Positions 13,261 to 25,300 of a stretch of 64,000 nucleotides of DNA are shown piece by piece. This DNA comes from Bispira polyomma (taxonomy: Eukaryota). The translations under genes and the position numbers were made by a program. Position 1 is the first letter of the stretch, and each line of letters begins with the position of its first letter. The notes under the pieces are model-generated. The model saw only the letters and a list, made by a program, of their open reading frames with translations. It made no database searches and was not told where the DNA came from. The stretch lies in NCBI GenBank assembly GCA_965649765.1, contig OZ287755.1:48670001-48734000 (forward strand), read 5' to 3'.

Positions 13261-13964
13261 TTGTGAATGCATCTGTCTCTTTTATGGGGACCTATCTCTA
13301 TACTAGCTAAGAGAAACAAAATAACAATGATTTTACATCCAAAACGATATAGACTATTTCAGTAATCCTAAACTAACTACAAGTAAATACCGATTGCTCC
13401 AGGTCTTCACATATTCAAATTATGCTCTTTCACATGAAATGATCCAGCCATTATTAAAAGTGTAATAATATTTATCTTTTAACTTTACTTCATATTACAG
13501 TTTAATCATGTGTGGATAAATGCATTTGCAGCTAAGCCACCTTAAATGTCTCTAGATTCATAATTCTATATTAAAGGTATCATATAATTAATACCAATAG
13601 AAGAGGTTACCACACTAATATAACTAATATGTTTGTCCTGTGATGGTTTCATTGGAATGTCCATATATAAGCTGGTGTAAATGGAATTGTAAACTGTTCA
13701 CTATGACAAACAGAACAAAGTAAATATCTCCCATTAATTTGTGATGCCTGTTGATGTTCTATTATTAGGTGATTTAATAAATTTGTTCTAACTCAATCTA
13801 TAGTAATAATATATGTGAACTAATATGTGTCAGGTCAGCATTTTTTTGTTAATATTTTATTCACAGGAAATTGTTTTAAAACTTTAATGAAATATATCTA
13901 AACAAGGTTTATGAAAGTACAAGATGTGATACAAGATGTTCAGAGTAAACAAGTCACAGATCAA

Positions 13965-14496
13965 AAAGCTCCAGACCATCCAAAACTACCTGTGCAGGGT
14001 TATTTTTTTAAATTTTCAAATTTTCGCCTGAGTTATCGCACAGACGTCATTCCTTACCTAAAAAATTTACACTGGCTGCCCATTCACTCTCTTATTTTGT
14101 TCAAGATTCACGTTACCACTAGTCACTCAACAGCCCTCCTACCTTGTTTTCCTTCTTTCCTTCAGTAACCGTAAGAGAGGCAACAGACGATCTATTTCTT
14201 CCGTCAGACCCACCAGGAAGGCGGGATCCAGAGCATTCTCTATTGCAGCTACTTTATTATGGATTATTATTATGAGTTGACCTCAGATCAGTTGATAAAT
14301 TCATCGGTTTTAGGTAAAAACTTAAAACCTATCTTTTTAACCGTGTCTACCCACCTTAGCTTACCTCATACACGCTCCCACATCTTTCCTTACGACTTTG
14401 CTATGCCCATGGATTTTACGATCGGATTAATGCTGTTGTGCTTAAGAATATGCCTAGCATCATTAAAGTGCGTTGAAAATTAATAATAATAATAAT
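13965..14496 (+). mobile_element. 3' end of L2 LINE, same family as 45560-48037, with (TAA)n tail
   Basis: Colinear match to 47521-48037 (DVIPYLK.LHWLPI..ILFKIHVTT, then 3' UTR and taataataataat). Confidence 0.85.
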
Positions 14497-15964
14497 GTGA
14501 CACAAAAAGTATGTCATTAAATATTTAGTTGTTTATTTTTGTTCAATGACTTCCTTCAGTTGTAATTTATATATAATGTAATCTAAAGCAAGAAATAAAT
14601 AGGAACTACAGGGCTATACAAAAAGAAATGATATTTTCGGCGACTTAGCCTTCCGTCACGGAATTCCGTACAGTTTTGTAAATTGGTATGCACCAGCTAA
14701 AGTAAATTCTATAGTCATTTCGTATTTGCCTCTGCATATTCATTATGTTTAATTTCTAACTGTGTGATCTAAAGTTAGGTAGTAAAATCAAACTTTTTAT
14801 TTTTGTATATTTAAAATCTATTTAGTGTTAAACTAAACAGATTTACGACCATACGTTCATGTACGATTGACCTATGGATGTAAACAAGGAAATGACTGCG
14901 GCCACGGCAGCTGTCATCCAGGTTTTTTTAGCACATCGTTTAAAAACTGACGTAGTATACGAAGGGAAGCATTAAATTGTACGATACCAGGTTGTATGTC
15001 AATATCAGGTTGAATTCTACAAGCTGAAATTAAGCCTCATAAAAAGATCAAATCGTATACACACCATCTGAATATTGTCTTGTTTTTAAGGTCGACACAC
15101 ACACTTGCTTGTGGTTATAAATTCGGCCGCCTGCTATGAATCGACCGCCATACATTATACGTGTGCTTTCTTCAAATCCCTGAATCCTAAGTTTTTCGTT
15201 AGAAGTAGGATCCCTGAATATTGTAAACAGTCAGTTGAAAAACGCGTCCCGGTATTGTATTTGATAAATGTACAATACTTATTATAAAAAATATGTGTAC
15301 CTTTAAGGCAGCAATATTTTTTTATGTAAGTAAACCAAGTTTTCTATCCTTAACAATGCTTTGATTAACTGATGGACGCATGTCGAGGGACAGAGTTGTC
15401 TACAATAGCAAATCTTTTAAATGTGTAACGACACCTTTAACGAAATAACTACCATCTTTTCATTTAGTCTGAGGTTGTATATTAATTCATAGAATAGCCG
15501 CACACAATATTAGAACTTACAACCAACCTCAAAGTACTTGATTATTTAACTATCATTATTTGAAAATATTGACATATATTTCCCGTTGAAGAGAACATAG
15601 TAAACTGCAGTGTCAGAATTACGGTAGGTACTAAATGCTGGAGTTGGGGTGGCGGTAGAGCCCCTATTGTGATTGGCCAATTTACATACAATGGTATTAT
15701 CAGGGGCTGGAGTTATAGGCATACCAAAGATCAAATAAATGTTTTTCATCCAATGGTATTAATGGGGGCTGGAGTTATAGGCATAGCACAGATCAAATAA
15801 AACGTTTACAGTTAGGTCAAACAAATCAACCAACCAAATCTCCACTAGTCACTGCTACAATACTCTAGGTTAAGTCAGGAAAGATAGCTGAATTCAAACT
15901 TAAATATCTCAGTTATTTCTTTACCTATTTTAATGCAAAAAAAGCACAGTCTTCACAATAACAT

Positions 15965-16290
15965 AACCCTCCATCGCCACCGCACCCCTTCATCCCCCCC
16001 CCACCTCCATCGCCACTGCACCCGTCCATCCCCCCCTACCTCCATCGCCACTGCACCCCTCCATCTCCCCCCCCACCTCCATCGCCACTGCACCCCTCCA
16101 TCCCCCCCACCTCCATCGCCACTGCACCCCTCCATTCCCCCCCCTTCTATCGCCACTGCACCCCTCCATCCCCCCCCCCACCTCCATCACCACTGCACCC
16201 CTCCATCCCCCCCACCTCCATCCCCACCGCACCCCACCACACCCCCGCAATCGCCACCGCACCTCTCCATTGCCACCACCACCTCCAGCT
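15965..16290. repeat. C-rich minisatellite (cccccacctccatcgccactgcacccctccat)n
   Basis: About 9 imperfect ~32 bp units; the source of the Pro/Gly-rich spurious ORFs. Confidence 0.9.
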
Positions 16291-16993
16291 TATAGTATAT
16301 ACCCAGAATTACAACAATTTGCTATAGTAGATAAAATCTGTCCCTCACCGTGGGCCATCAGTTTATCAAAGAATTGTTAAGGCAAAGAAAACTCGGTCTA
16401 ACATGTAAGATATTTATTAAAATAAATGTAAGACATTGTTGGTGGTTCTTCCTGAGTCCAGGTCGAAGGCAGTTAAATATCCCTTATATGGACGTTGATA
16501 CTTCTCAGTGCTCTCTGCGATGCTAAAACAGTCTAATTTGTATAAAGCCTTTTTGTTATCACTCACATACACACGTGTCGCTTTCAAGGTAATCTACACT
16601 GTAGTTGTTGGTGTCCTTTACAATTATGCGTACATGAAACATATATGTACATACCTTAATTTAATTGATCACATATTTATTGGGATCTGCTGTCTATTTC
16701 TTTTCTTGAGCGTTCTACCTACCACCCAATAGGTATATTTTAGTACCAGAATCATTACCGTTTTGTTAGAATTCAGGGACTCGATTCATATATAGCCACT
16801 TCGAATAATTAAATTAATTGGTCTAACAATACTTATTTTTTTTAATAAAATTAACAAATATGGGTATACCAAAAATAATGTATGGTGAACCAGGTAGTTT
16901 TTGTGTCATTTACGTTTTCATTGTAGACGTAAATTAAGCAGAAATATGGTCTTTAAATTACTTTGTAGTTTTACATATAAGGACATTGTGGTA

Positions 16994-17745
16994 TGTTAAA
17001 GCACTCTGCTAGAGTGATCTATTTATAGCATTGGGGAAACCCCTAAGCTTCTAGAAGCCGGTTCTATTTTGTTTCTGAAGGTTATTAAAGTTGTATTCAT
17101 ATGTATATCTCATCTCTGGAATGTCCTAGCGATTGCTTACATATTCTAGAGCCTTCTCTAGCAGTTGTATATATAAGGGTTGACAGCCTGGCCACAGACC
17201 AGAGTTAATTGAGTTGAGGTGCTATATGAACTGCTATATGAACTGCTATACTGTGAGACATTTTATTTCTTTGTGGATATAAACTGATTACTACATATGT
17301 TTTTGTGGTGAACTCATTGGAGTGAACTAGACAAAAGTTGTGGATCTACCAGAGATTGGATTTACTGCATATTGGATATTGTTTGCATCCTGGACTGGAT
17401 AGCTTAGTTGTGCAGACTCTCTGGATATATATATTTTGTGTTCGTGGACACTGAACGGATAACAGGATACAGGCATTGTGTGGACATTGAGTGGATCTCA
17501 AGACAGATTGCTGGATACAGTGGACAAACTTGATTAATTGTTATTTATGTGGACAGGACTGTGGTCAGGTCAGATTGGTTTAATTATTGTATTATTGTGT
17601 GAACTATTAAGGGTATCTCAGTTGACTGTAATTCTGTAATTGTTATTTGTTAAATAAATTTGTTAAGTGAAACTTTTTGTCTTTTCCTGTTACAACCTCA
17701 AAGCAACCGGTAATTGCTACCGCGCTTGCTCCCGTGACCGTAACA
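16994..17745 (+). mobile_element. Solo LTR (LTR retrotransposon, 752 bp)
   Basis: TGTTA...TAACA inverted termini flanked by gta on both sides; internal TATATAAGG (~17170); TGGA-rich R/U5-like region; AATAAA at ~17653. Confidence 0.7.
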
Positions 17746-17879
17746 GTAGCAGTTTGTAACTTAAAAACTTTTATTGTGGGGTTTTGTTAAATGTGGTGTA
17801 CTACATGATTAATCTTTCTTGATTGTACTTTGTTGTTTTCACATAAAACTCATATAATAAACAACTATACCACAATAAC

Positions 17880-18165
17880 TTAAGTGACGCGAAAACTCCC
17901 TAAACAACGATACTATATATTATGTTATATAATTGGCTGGTCGATTTATCACAGTCGGCCAAACTATAACCAGAGGCAGCTGGCCAATTTTTTTTGTCTA
18001 TTTGCGCGATTTCTCGCAGCTAAGAGGTCGATGGAAATTACAGTTGGAGATCCTTACCTGTTTGTACAGTCTTTTAAGCATCTGCAATGGGACAGTACTC
18101 GGTCTAAGATCGACAGTGAACACGATATTCAGGATATAAGCAAAATCAGCATTGCATATATGTAA
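17880..18165 (+). promoter_or_regulatory. Putative SYNRG promoter / non-coding first exon
   Basis: Local CpG enrichment, ATTGG (17932) and CCAAT (17984) boxes, gcgcgatttctcgc motif, possible donor at|gtaaat at ~18162. The next exon has an acceptor at 18798 with an in-frame stop before the ATG, so an upstream non-coding exon is required. Confidence 0.45.
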
Positions 18166-18849
18166 ATTGTGATGACTTTGTTTTAGTTCTGGATAAACTG
18201 AGCAAGAAAATATGCAAATATGGCAGAAATTTATGCAAAACAGATATGGAAGTTATTGAAATACTTATTAAAAAGTAATTCAGATTATTGTAATAAAAAA
18301 CTTCTTGTCCAAAGCTCTCCATAGATATCAAGCTTATGGTATATAGTAGACTAGTATACTATAGAGGCAATAATTGAATTATACTGCCGTGTCTCTTAGA
18401 AACAACAGTGCAATTGTCCTTATTTTATTTCTAAAAACAGACAGACAAAACATTTTTGGGTCTGAAATTGTTATTTCTTAACAGATTTTATTAATTTTAG
18501 TATTAATAGAAACCCAGTAATATTGGGAGAACGCCCATACAGCATTCTAGTAATTTAAAAAAAAAATGGTGACATGCAAGGGCTTCATCAGGGTATTTAC
18601 CTCCACTCTTGACTGCGAAGGGTGGTATTAGTAATTTAGTGCTATACTATAGGTTAAAGTTATCTGCTATATGTATCATTCATATGTTATAATAAAGTCA
18701 ATATTGTTTAAATTATTATTAGAAAATGACAGTTTCAGCCTTGTGTAATAGCTTTTGCTTGCCTTACAATATAATGCCTGTGTGCCATTTTTATACAGGG
18801 GAAACAATGACGAAATAGTCAATGTTCATCTAAATCAATCTGACTGAGG

Positions 18850-19366
18850 ATGTCACAGAGATTTAATCAGCCCAGGCCCATGCAGGGACAGAATCAAATG
18901 CCCCGGGCAGGGCAGCAGATGCCAGTTTACAATCAGCAGATGCCAGTACAGGGACCCTTCCAGCAAATGAACATGCAAGGGTCCATGACACAGATGCCTA
19001 TGCAGGGGTCCGGGGCACAAATGCATATGCAGGGGCCTGGGACACAAATGCCTATGCAGGGGCCCGGGACACAAATGCCTATGCAGGGACCAGGATCACA
19101 AATGGTCATGCAGAGGCCTCAAGCTCAAATGCCTATGCAGGGGCCCAGCGCACAGATGCCTATGCAGGGAAATGGATCACAAATGCCTATGCAGGGGCCT
19201 GTCCAAGGAACTAGGACACAGATGCCAATGCAGAATATGGCACCTCAGATGCCAATGCACAGTCAGAACCAACAAATGCCAGTTCAGGGACAAGGTGCAA
19301 TGCTGATGCAGGGGCCCGGCCAACAGATGGCAATGCAGGGAGGTCAGATGCCAATGTTCAGACAGG
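18850..19366 (+). CDS. SYNRG: SYNRG coding exon 1, QMPMQGP-repeat N-terminus
   Basis: Acceptor at 18798, ATG at 18850, donor G|GTAAGT at 19367. Confidence 0.9.
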
Positions 19367-22300
19367 GTAAGTATTTTCTTGCCCAGCTGCCATATTTTCA
19401 AAAAAATCTTAAGCTCAAGATGTATGGTTTTACTATCTGCTCTTAGAGGTAAGATATTAAGTAAAGTCTGACTGCATGTAGGAATTCAGCACTAAAAGCT
19501 CTATTACAATGAATGGTCACAAGTTCAGGTTATTTTTACACACAAGACTTATACATAGTCACTTAACTTCAGATGAGTTTAAAACTTAAGTTTATTTTAG
19601 AGAACACATGATCCAGTCAAGTTATTACAAGTGCGTAAAGGTGTGGTTTTTCAACAAAGCCAGTTACTTAACCCTTTCGAGCCCTAGAAAAAATTATTGC
19701 TGGGGTATGAAGAAAATGTTTAGGCAATGGGTTACAGTTGGAGTCACTAAAACACACCCCACAGAATATGTCCGGCCTTTAATAATGGTTTCACTGGGAT
19801 TTGGCTGTACATGTACTAAAAATTTTCTATTGTGAGCAACTGAAGGAAAATGAAATAATATTTTTGGGGTATTCACTGCCAACAGACATATGATCTCTGA
19901 CAACCTAGAGAGTCGAAAGGGTTAAGGTTTGAATGTGCCCAACATGTCAATCACCCCAAAAGGGTATGTCTCATTGCTGTTATTGTCTGTATTTTTACAG
20001 GTCACCCCCAGATGAGGCCTACCTCTGGAAACATGCCAGGACAAAGAATGACACAGGTCAGTACTGCCTTTAACCCCTTCACCAGTGATGGAGAGTAATT
20101 CTACTATACCGAAGAGGAAAACTTTGCTACTACTTATTACCCTCACAAATTAAACATATATTTCATTTATGTTATAAGCACTGTACCATATAGATCGTAT
20201 TACTGTGGGTTGAGGGAGTTATATAATAATATTATATATCGTTGACTGGTGGTAGACAGACAAGGTCGTCAAGGGGTTCATAATCTCTAGCCTTAGAAAT
20301 GGTTTAATTGCTTCAATAAATTTAAGTTAAGTCAATTAAGTCAGCAGTGTTCAGACTGAAACACAAAGTAGTATAATACAGATATGGACAAATTTGAATT
20401 TTTTTCGAATCTTGCACTGAAATAAACACTATTAGACCCTGTATCGACTGGATTTGTATGTTTTACTCTTATATTGTAAAAATTGTTGATGTATCTACTC
20501 GTAAAGCACTAGAGATTTCTACTTCTTTTTTATGTGTGATGTGTTTGGTTAAATTGTCAAATTTGTAATTGTATATTTATAGTATGGTACATACTGTTTT
20601 CTGTAACTGTATTACTAATGTGATTGTATATTTATAGTATGGTACATACTGTTTTATGTAACTGTATTACTAATGCGATTGTATATTTATAGTATGGTAC
20701 ATACTGTTTTCTGTAACTGTATTACTAATGCAATTGTATATTTATAGTATGGTACATTGTCATACTGTTTTCTGTAACTGTATTACTAATGTGATTGTAT
20801 ATTTATAGTATGGTACATACTGATTTCTGTAACTGTATTACTAAAGTGATTGTATCTTTATAGTATGGTACATACTGTTTTCTGTAACTGTATTACTAAT
20901 GTGATTGTATATTTATAGTATGGTACATTGTAATAATAAAAAATTTTAAAATGATGAATAGTTGGACAGTAGAAATTTGAATAATTGAGGTTCTATAGTA
21001 AGGTAAGTGTATGTGTGTCTGTTTTACAGTTTGTGCCGTCCACCACTGGTCAGTTTGGAGTAGTCAGACCACCTCCTTATACACCAGACATGGCAAAGGA
21101 CTTTGTCACCAAACAACAGTCAGTATATTGAATATTATAACAATACACTGTGTATATGTAGAACCAGTAGATGTCAAATTTTGTCTACAACTGAAGCTTA
21201 GTTCCCAAAGCTTGAACAAGTGTTTCTTTTTTCTAAGTAAGGTACAACAGCAAGAACTTGCACAGAACTGGTCTTATTGACAGAAGGTTCTTAGTCTAAC
21301 TTGAAATGTCTTTGGTTTGGGGAAAAATTGTTTGTCTTATAGTCACAGTGACAGTATCTTTGCTTAGTGTTAACTTTGCACTTACCACTAAGACTAACAG
21401 TAGGCATTGTTAAATATTTTAGACATAAATGTTAAACTTTAGACAATATATATTAAAACCAGAAATAGTTTGTATGTAGGAGATATAAAACCTGCCATTT
21501 ATAGGTGTATTGGGGGGGGGGGGGGGTTTCTATTTTTTGTGGTTAGACATGTTGTATTTGGAGCAGTTAGTCTGGTCATGTGTCCAATAGATTGAGGATT
21601 GATACTGATGAATGTGTATGAACTTGCTTTAGAATGTGTGCATTAGTGGAGAGGATTAAGTGGGGAATTTAGGGAGGAAAGCCTTTCTTGCTGTTTTAAG
21701 TTGTCCTATTTGTTCATCTGATAGAAGTTTATTTTAGCCTGTGGGGGAATAATTTATATTGTTTAAGTTGTTTTTATATTGTATCATCTAGGCAAATGTC
21801 TGCATTGGTTTGGGGGTGTTAGGAAGAAATCTTTAATCCTTTTTTGGTGTTGGAAGTTTTTTCACTTCTATGTTTTTCTATTGTTCAGTGTTGAAGAAGT
21901 TAAGTTGTTGTGAACCTGTGTGTTAATTTTTGTGAGGGGAATCTTTTGGTTTTATTCAGGGTTCAAGTTGACTTATATTTTTATTATTTGGACAGAATTC
22001 TGCAGAGGGAACAACGGAAGCTGATAGAAAAGCAAAGGAAAAGGATGGAGGAAGAATTTAAACACAGGCAGTTCCAGGTAGTTGACTTTGCACCCATATT
22101 TTAATTTAAAATAAAAATGTATTCTCGACTTACAAATAATAAACAGGGGGATGTAATGAATGAATATAGAGTAAGGAATCTAAAATTGGCCACTGTATTT
22201 GAAATTGGCCACCTTGAAAATATTGTGTTTTTGGTAGAATTGTTGGTAATATTTGCTGAAATCAAGATTTTTGTGACTATTTTACCTCAGTTACCCAAAT

Positions 22301-25300
22301 TGTAATTATATTTAGCCAGTTTTCATTGATTTAGTTAAAGTTTTAGGGTGGCGAATTTTAGATACAGTGGCCAATTTTAGATTGCTTACTCTAACAATTA
22401 TGATTCAGGTTTACTTGTTTTCTTTTAGAGAAAAAACCCCAATGTGTGTTCTAAAATAGGGTCCATGGTGGCTGTTTTTTTTTTCGTGACTTCACCTAAA
22501 AAATGTGTTAAAAGCAACGTTAAACCCAAATCAAATCAAATTTAGCTTGACTACTGGAGATGGAACCCAATGAGAGATGACCACCATTTTTAATTGGTCA
22601 TCTACCATCACTAAGGGTATCTGCGTGTGTATGCGAGTCCAAGTTTAGGATATGGCAGACGTCACATTGCTACTCACATAACTGATATATATTATCATTA
22701 TTCCCCCACCTCTTAATGAAGAATTAAGAAACATCAAAACATTTGTCTACAGAAATGTTTTTTTTAATAGAAATTGTACAGATTGAATATATTTAGGTAG
22801 TACCTCTACTCCAATGCCTTACTATTATTTCTGTCCAACTCTCAGGAGACACAGAAGCGACTTAAAGAGTTCTCCGCCATCGGTGGACGTAAGATGGACG
22901 TGGATTCAGCCATCAGCTCCATCATTGGGCCCACAGACCCCTACCACCACCAGCAGCCCCACGCCCAGGGGCCAAGGATGACAGGACCCATGCATGGTAG
23001 GTGGAATGGATTTTAGTGGTTTATTACAAAAATGTATAGTCTTTTATAATCGTACTAGTTATCTTACACCTAAATTTAAAGTTGTACTGTGCAAAACATA
23101 GAAATAGTTAAGTTTAGGTATGTATCAGCACTTCATTTGGTTGTAATTGGGTTTTTGATACATCGACTGATGCATCGAGTCATTTGGGCAATAATTAATG
23201 TAAATTACATACTACTACTGCTTTAGTATTTATTATAGATGGTAATAGGTTATGTATCATGATAGGTGGTTCTTTGTATTTCCAATTTTTGAAGGTCCCC
23301 AACATGTAAATCACCCAGTTGAGGCTCCACCCAAACCAGAAGCTCCTCCCCCAACACAGGAGGATGACTTTGCAGATTTTATGTCCTGCCCTGTGACATC
23401 AGCCAATCAGATGGCTCCACAGGCTGAACCAGCCAATGAGAAGGCAGATGACATGGTGACAGGCATGCCAGAGGGCGGGGCTTCCAAAATAAATGACAAG
23501 AAAGAAGACAAGAAAGGTAACAATTATATCACAAGATTTATGGTTATGAGTTTAAGCAAATCACAATGATGATAACATTTCCACATGTAAATTTACAGCA
23601 ATGATGTGCAGTTGTAAGAGTCTATCTGTCTAATCAAACTTTTATAGCGCTTAATCTAAGGCGGATATATCATGATCATATTCAAGTCTTGTAGCGTCCT
23701 TTTCTGGAAGGTGGTGATTTGCTAGATGGTGATTTGCTAGGTTGTAGTTCCCGTTAGGAACTTGATTAAAAACCAAATAGTTTCCTACCCTAACACACAC
23801 AGATTTGGCCTCTATGATGTTTGAGTTACCTTTGTGTGTGTCTGTCAGGCTGGTTGTCTGTATGTGTGTATATGCCGTACACTTTATAACAAGCCCCTTT
23901 GTTTTTCCCCACACAGCAGACCTGGCCTCTATGATGTTTGAGTTACCAGTGTATGTCTGTGTGTATGTATGTCTCATTCATTCTAACCAGCCCCTTTGTT
24001 TCCTACACACGGCAGACCTGACCTCCATGATGTTTGAGTGCTCTGACCTGACGGCTCCTAAACAGGCCAAGTCCTTCAAGACAAAGACAAGTGTGAAGGA
24101 TGTACAGGCCAATGTCAGGGTCGCCAGCTTCCAGCAGAGTACTCGGTCCAGACTCTGGTCAGGTGACACAGAGCAGCTGACTGAACTCTTTACACTGCCA
24201 GGTAAAGTAGGTCAAGTTTGGTCAGGTGACATGGTAAAAAGTAGGTCAAGTTTGGTCAGGTGACACAGAGCAGCTGACTGAACTGTTTACACTGCCAGGT
24301 AAAGTAGGTCAGGTGTGGTCAGGTGACAGGTGACTGGTGAAAAGTAGGTCATGAGTTGTCAGGTGACTTGGTGATAAGTAGGTCAAGTGTGGTCAGGTAA
24401 CACGGAGCAGCTGACTGAACTGTTTACACTGCCAGGTATAGTAGGTCAAGTGTGGTCAGGTAACATGGTGAAAAGTAGGTCAAGTGTGGTCAGGTGACAC
24501 AGAACAGCTGACTGAACTGTTTACACTGCCAGGTAAAGTAGGTCAAGTGTGGTTGGGTGACTGGTGAAAAGTAGGTCAAGTTTGGTCAGGTGACACAGAG
24601 CAGCTGACTGAACTGTTTACACTGCCAGGTAAAGTAGGTCAGGTGTGGTCAGGTGACATGGTGAAAAGTAGGTCATGAGTTGTCAGGTGACTTGGTGATA
24701 AGTAGGTCAAGTGTGGTCAGGTAACACGGAGAAGCTGACTGAACTGTTTACACCGCCAGGTAAAGTAGGTCAAGTGTGGTCAGGTAACATGGTGAAAAGT
24801 AGGTCAAGTGTGGTCAGGTGACATGGAACAGCTGACTGAACTGTTTACACTGCCAGGTAAAGTAGGTCAAATGTGGTCAGGTGACACGGAGCAGTTGACT
24901 GAACTGTTTACATTGCCAGGTGTAAAGTAAGTCAAGTGTGGTCAGGTGACATGTTGAAAAGGTGGTCATGTGTTGTCAAGTGACTTGGTGATAAGTAGGT
25001 CAAGTGTGGTCAGGTGACACAGAGCAGCTGACTGAACTGTTTACATTGCCAGGTGTAAAGTAGGTCTGGTGTGGTCAGGTGACATGGTGAAAAGTTGGTA
25101 ATGTGTTGTCAAGTGACATGATGATAAGTTATATGTGGCCAGGTGACAAGGTGATAAGTAAGATATATGTGATCAGGTGACCTTGTGATCAGGAGGGTAT
25201 GTGGCCAGCTGATGCAATAATTAGGTCATGTGTGATCAGCTTTTATACTGTAATAAAAATAAAGTTTGATGATAATACAGTGATGTTAATACCAAAACAG

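Noticed and set aside
13571-15306. Possible Kolobok-like element (TTAAAGGTA...TACCTTTAA) enclosing the CpG-richer 14640-15260 region
   Set aside because: The terminal match is short and imperfect and no second copy is present in the window; it cannot be supported.
15933-16295. Pro/His-rich and Gly/Trp-rich ORFs on both strands
   Set aside because: Artefact of a C-rich minisatellite.
18050-18160. Minus-strand donor CAG|GTAAGG (cttacctg at 18053) suggesting a divergent gene
   Set aside because: No supporting minus-strand exons found to the left; a single 9-mer can occur by chance.
24202-25240. Repeat-spacer-like pattern resembling a CRISPR array
   Set aside because: The 'spacers' are themselves repeated subunits, the repeat derives from the exon end, the context is a eukaryotic intron, and there are no cas genes. 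The 23-, 41- and 55-bp arrays have no spacers either.
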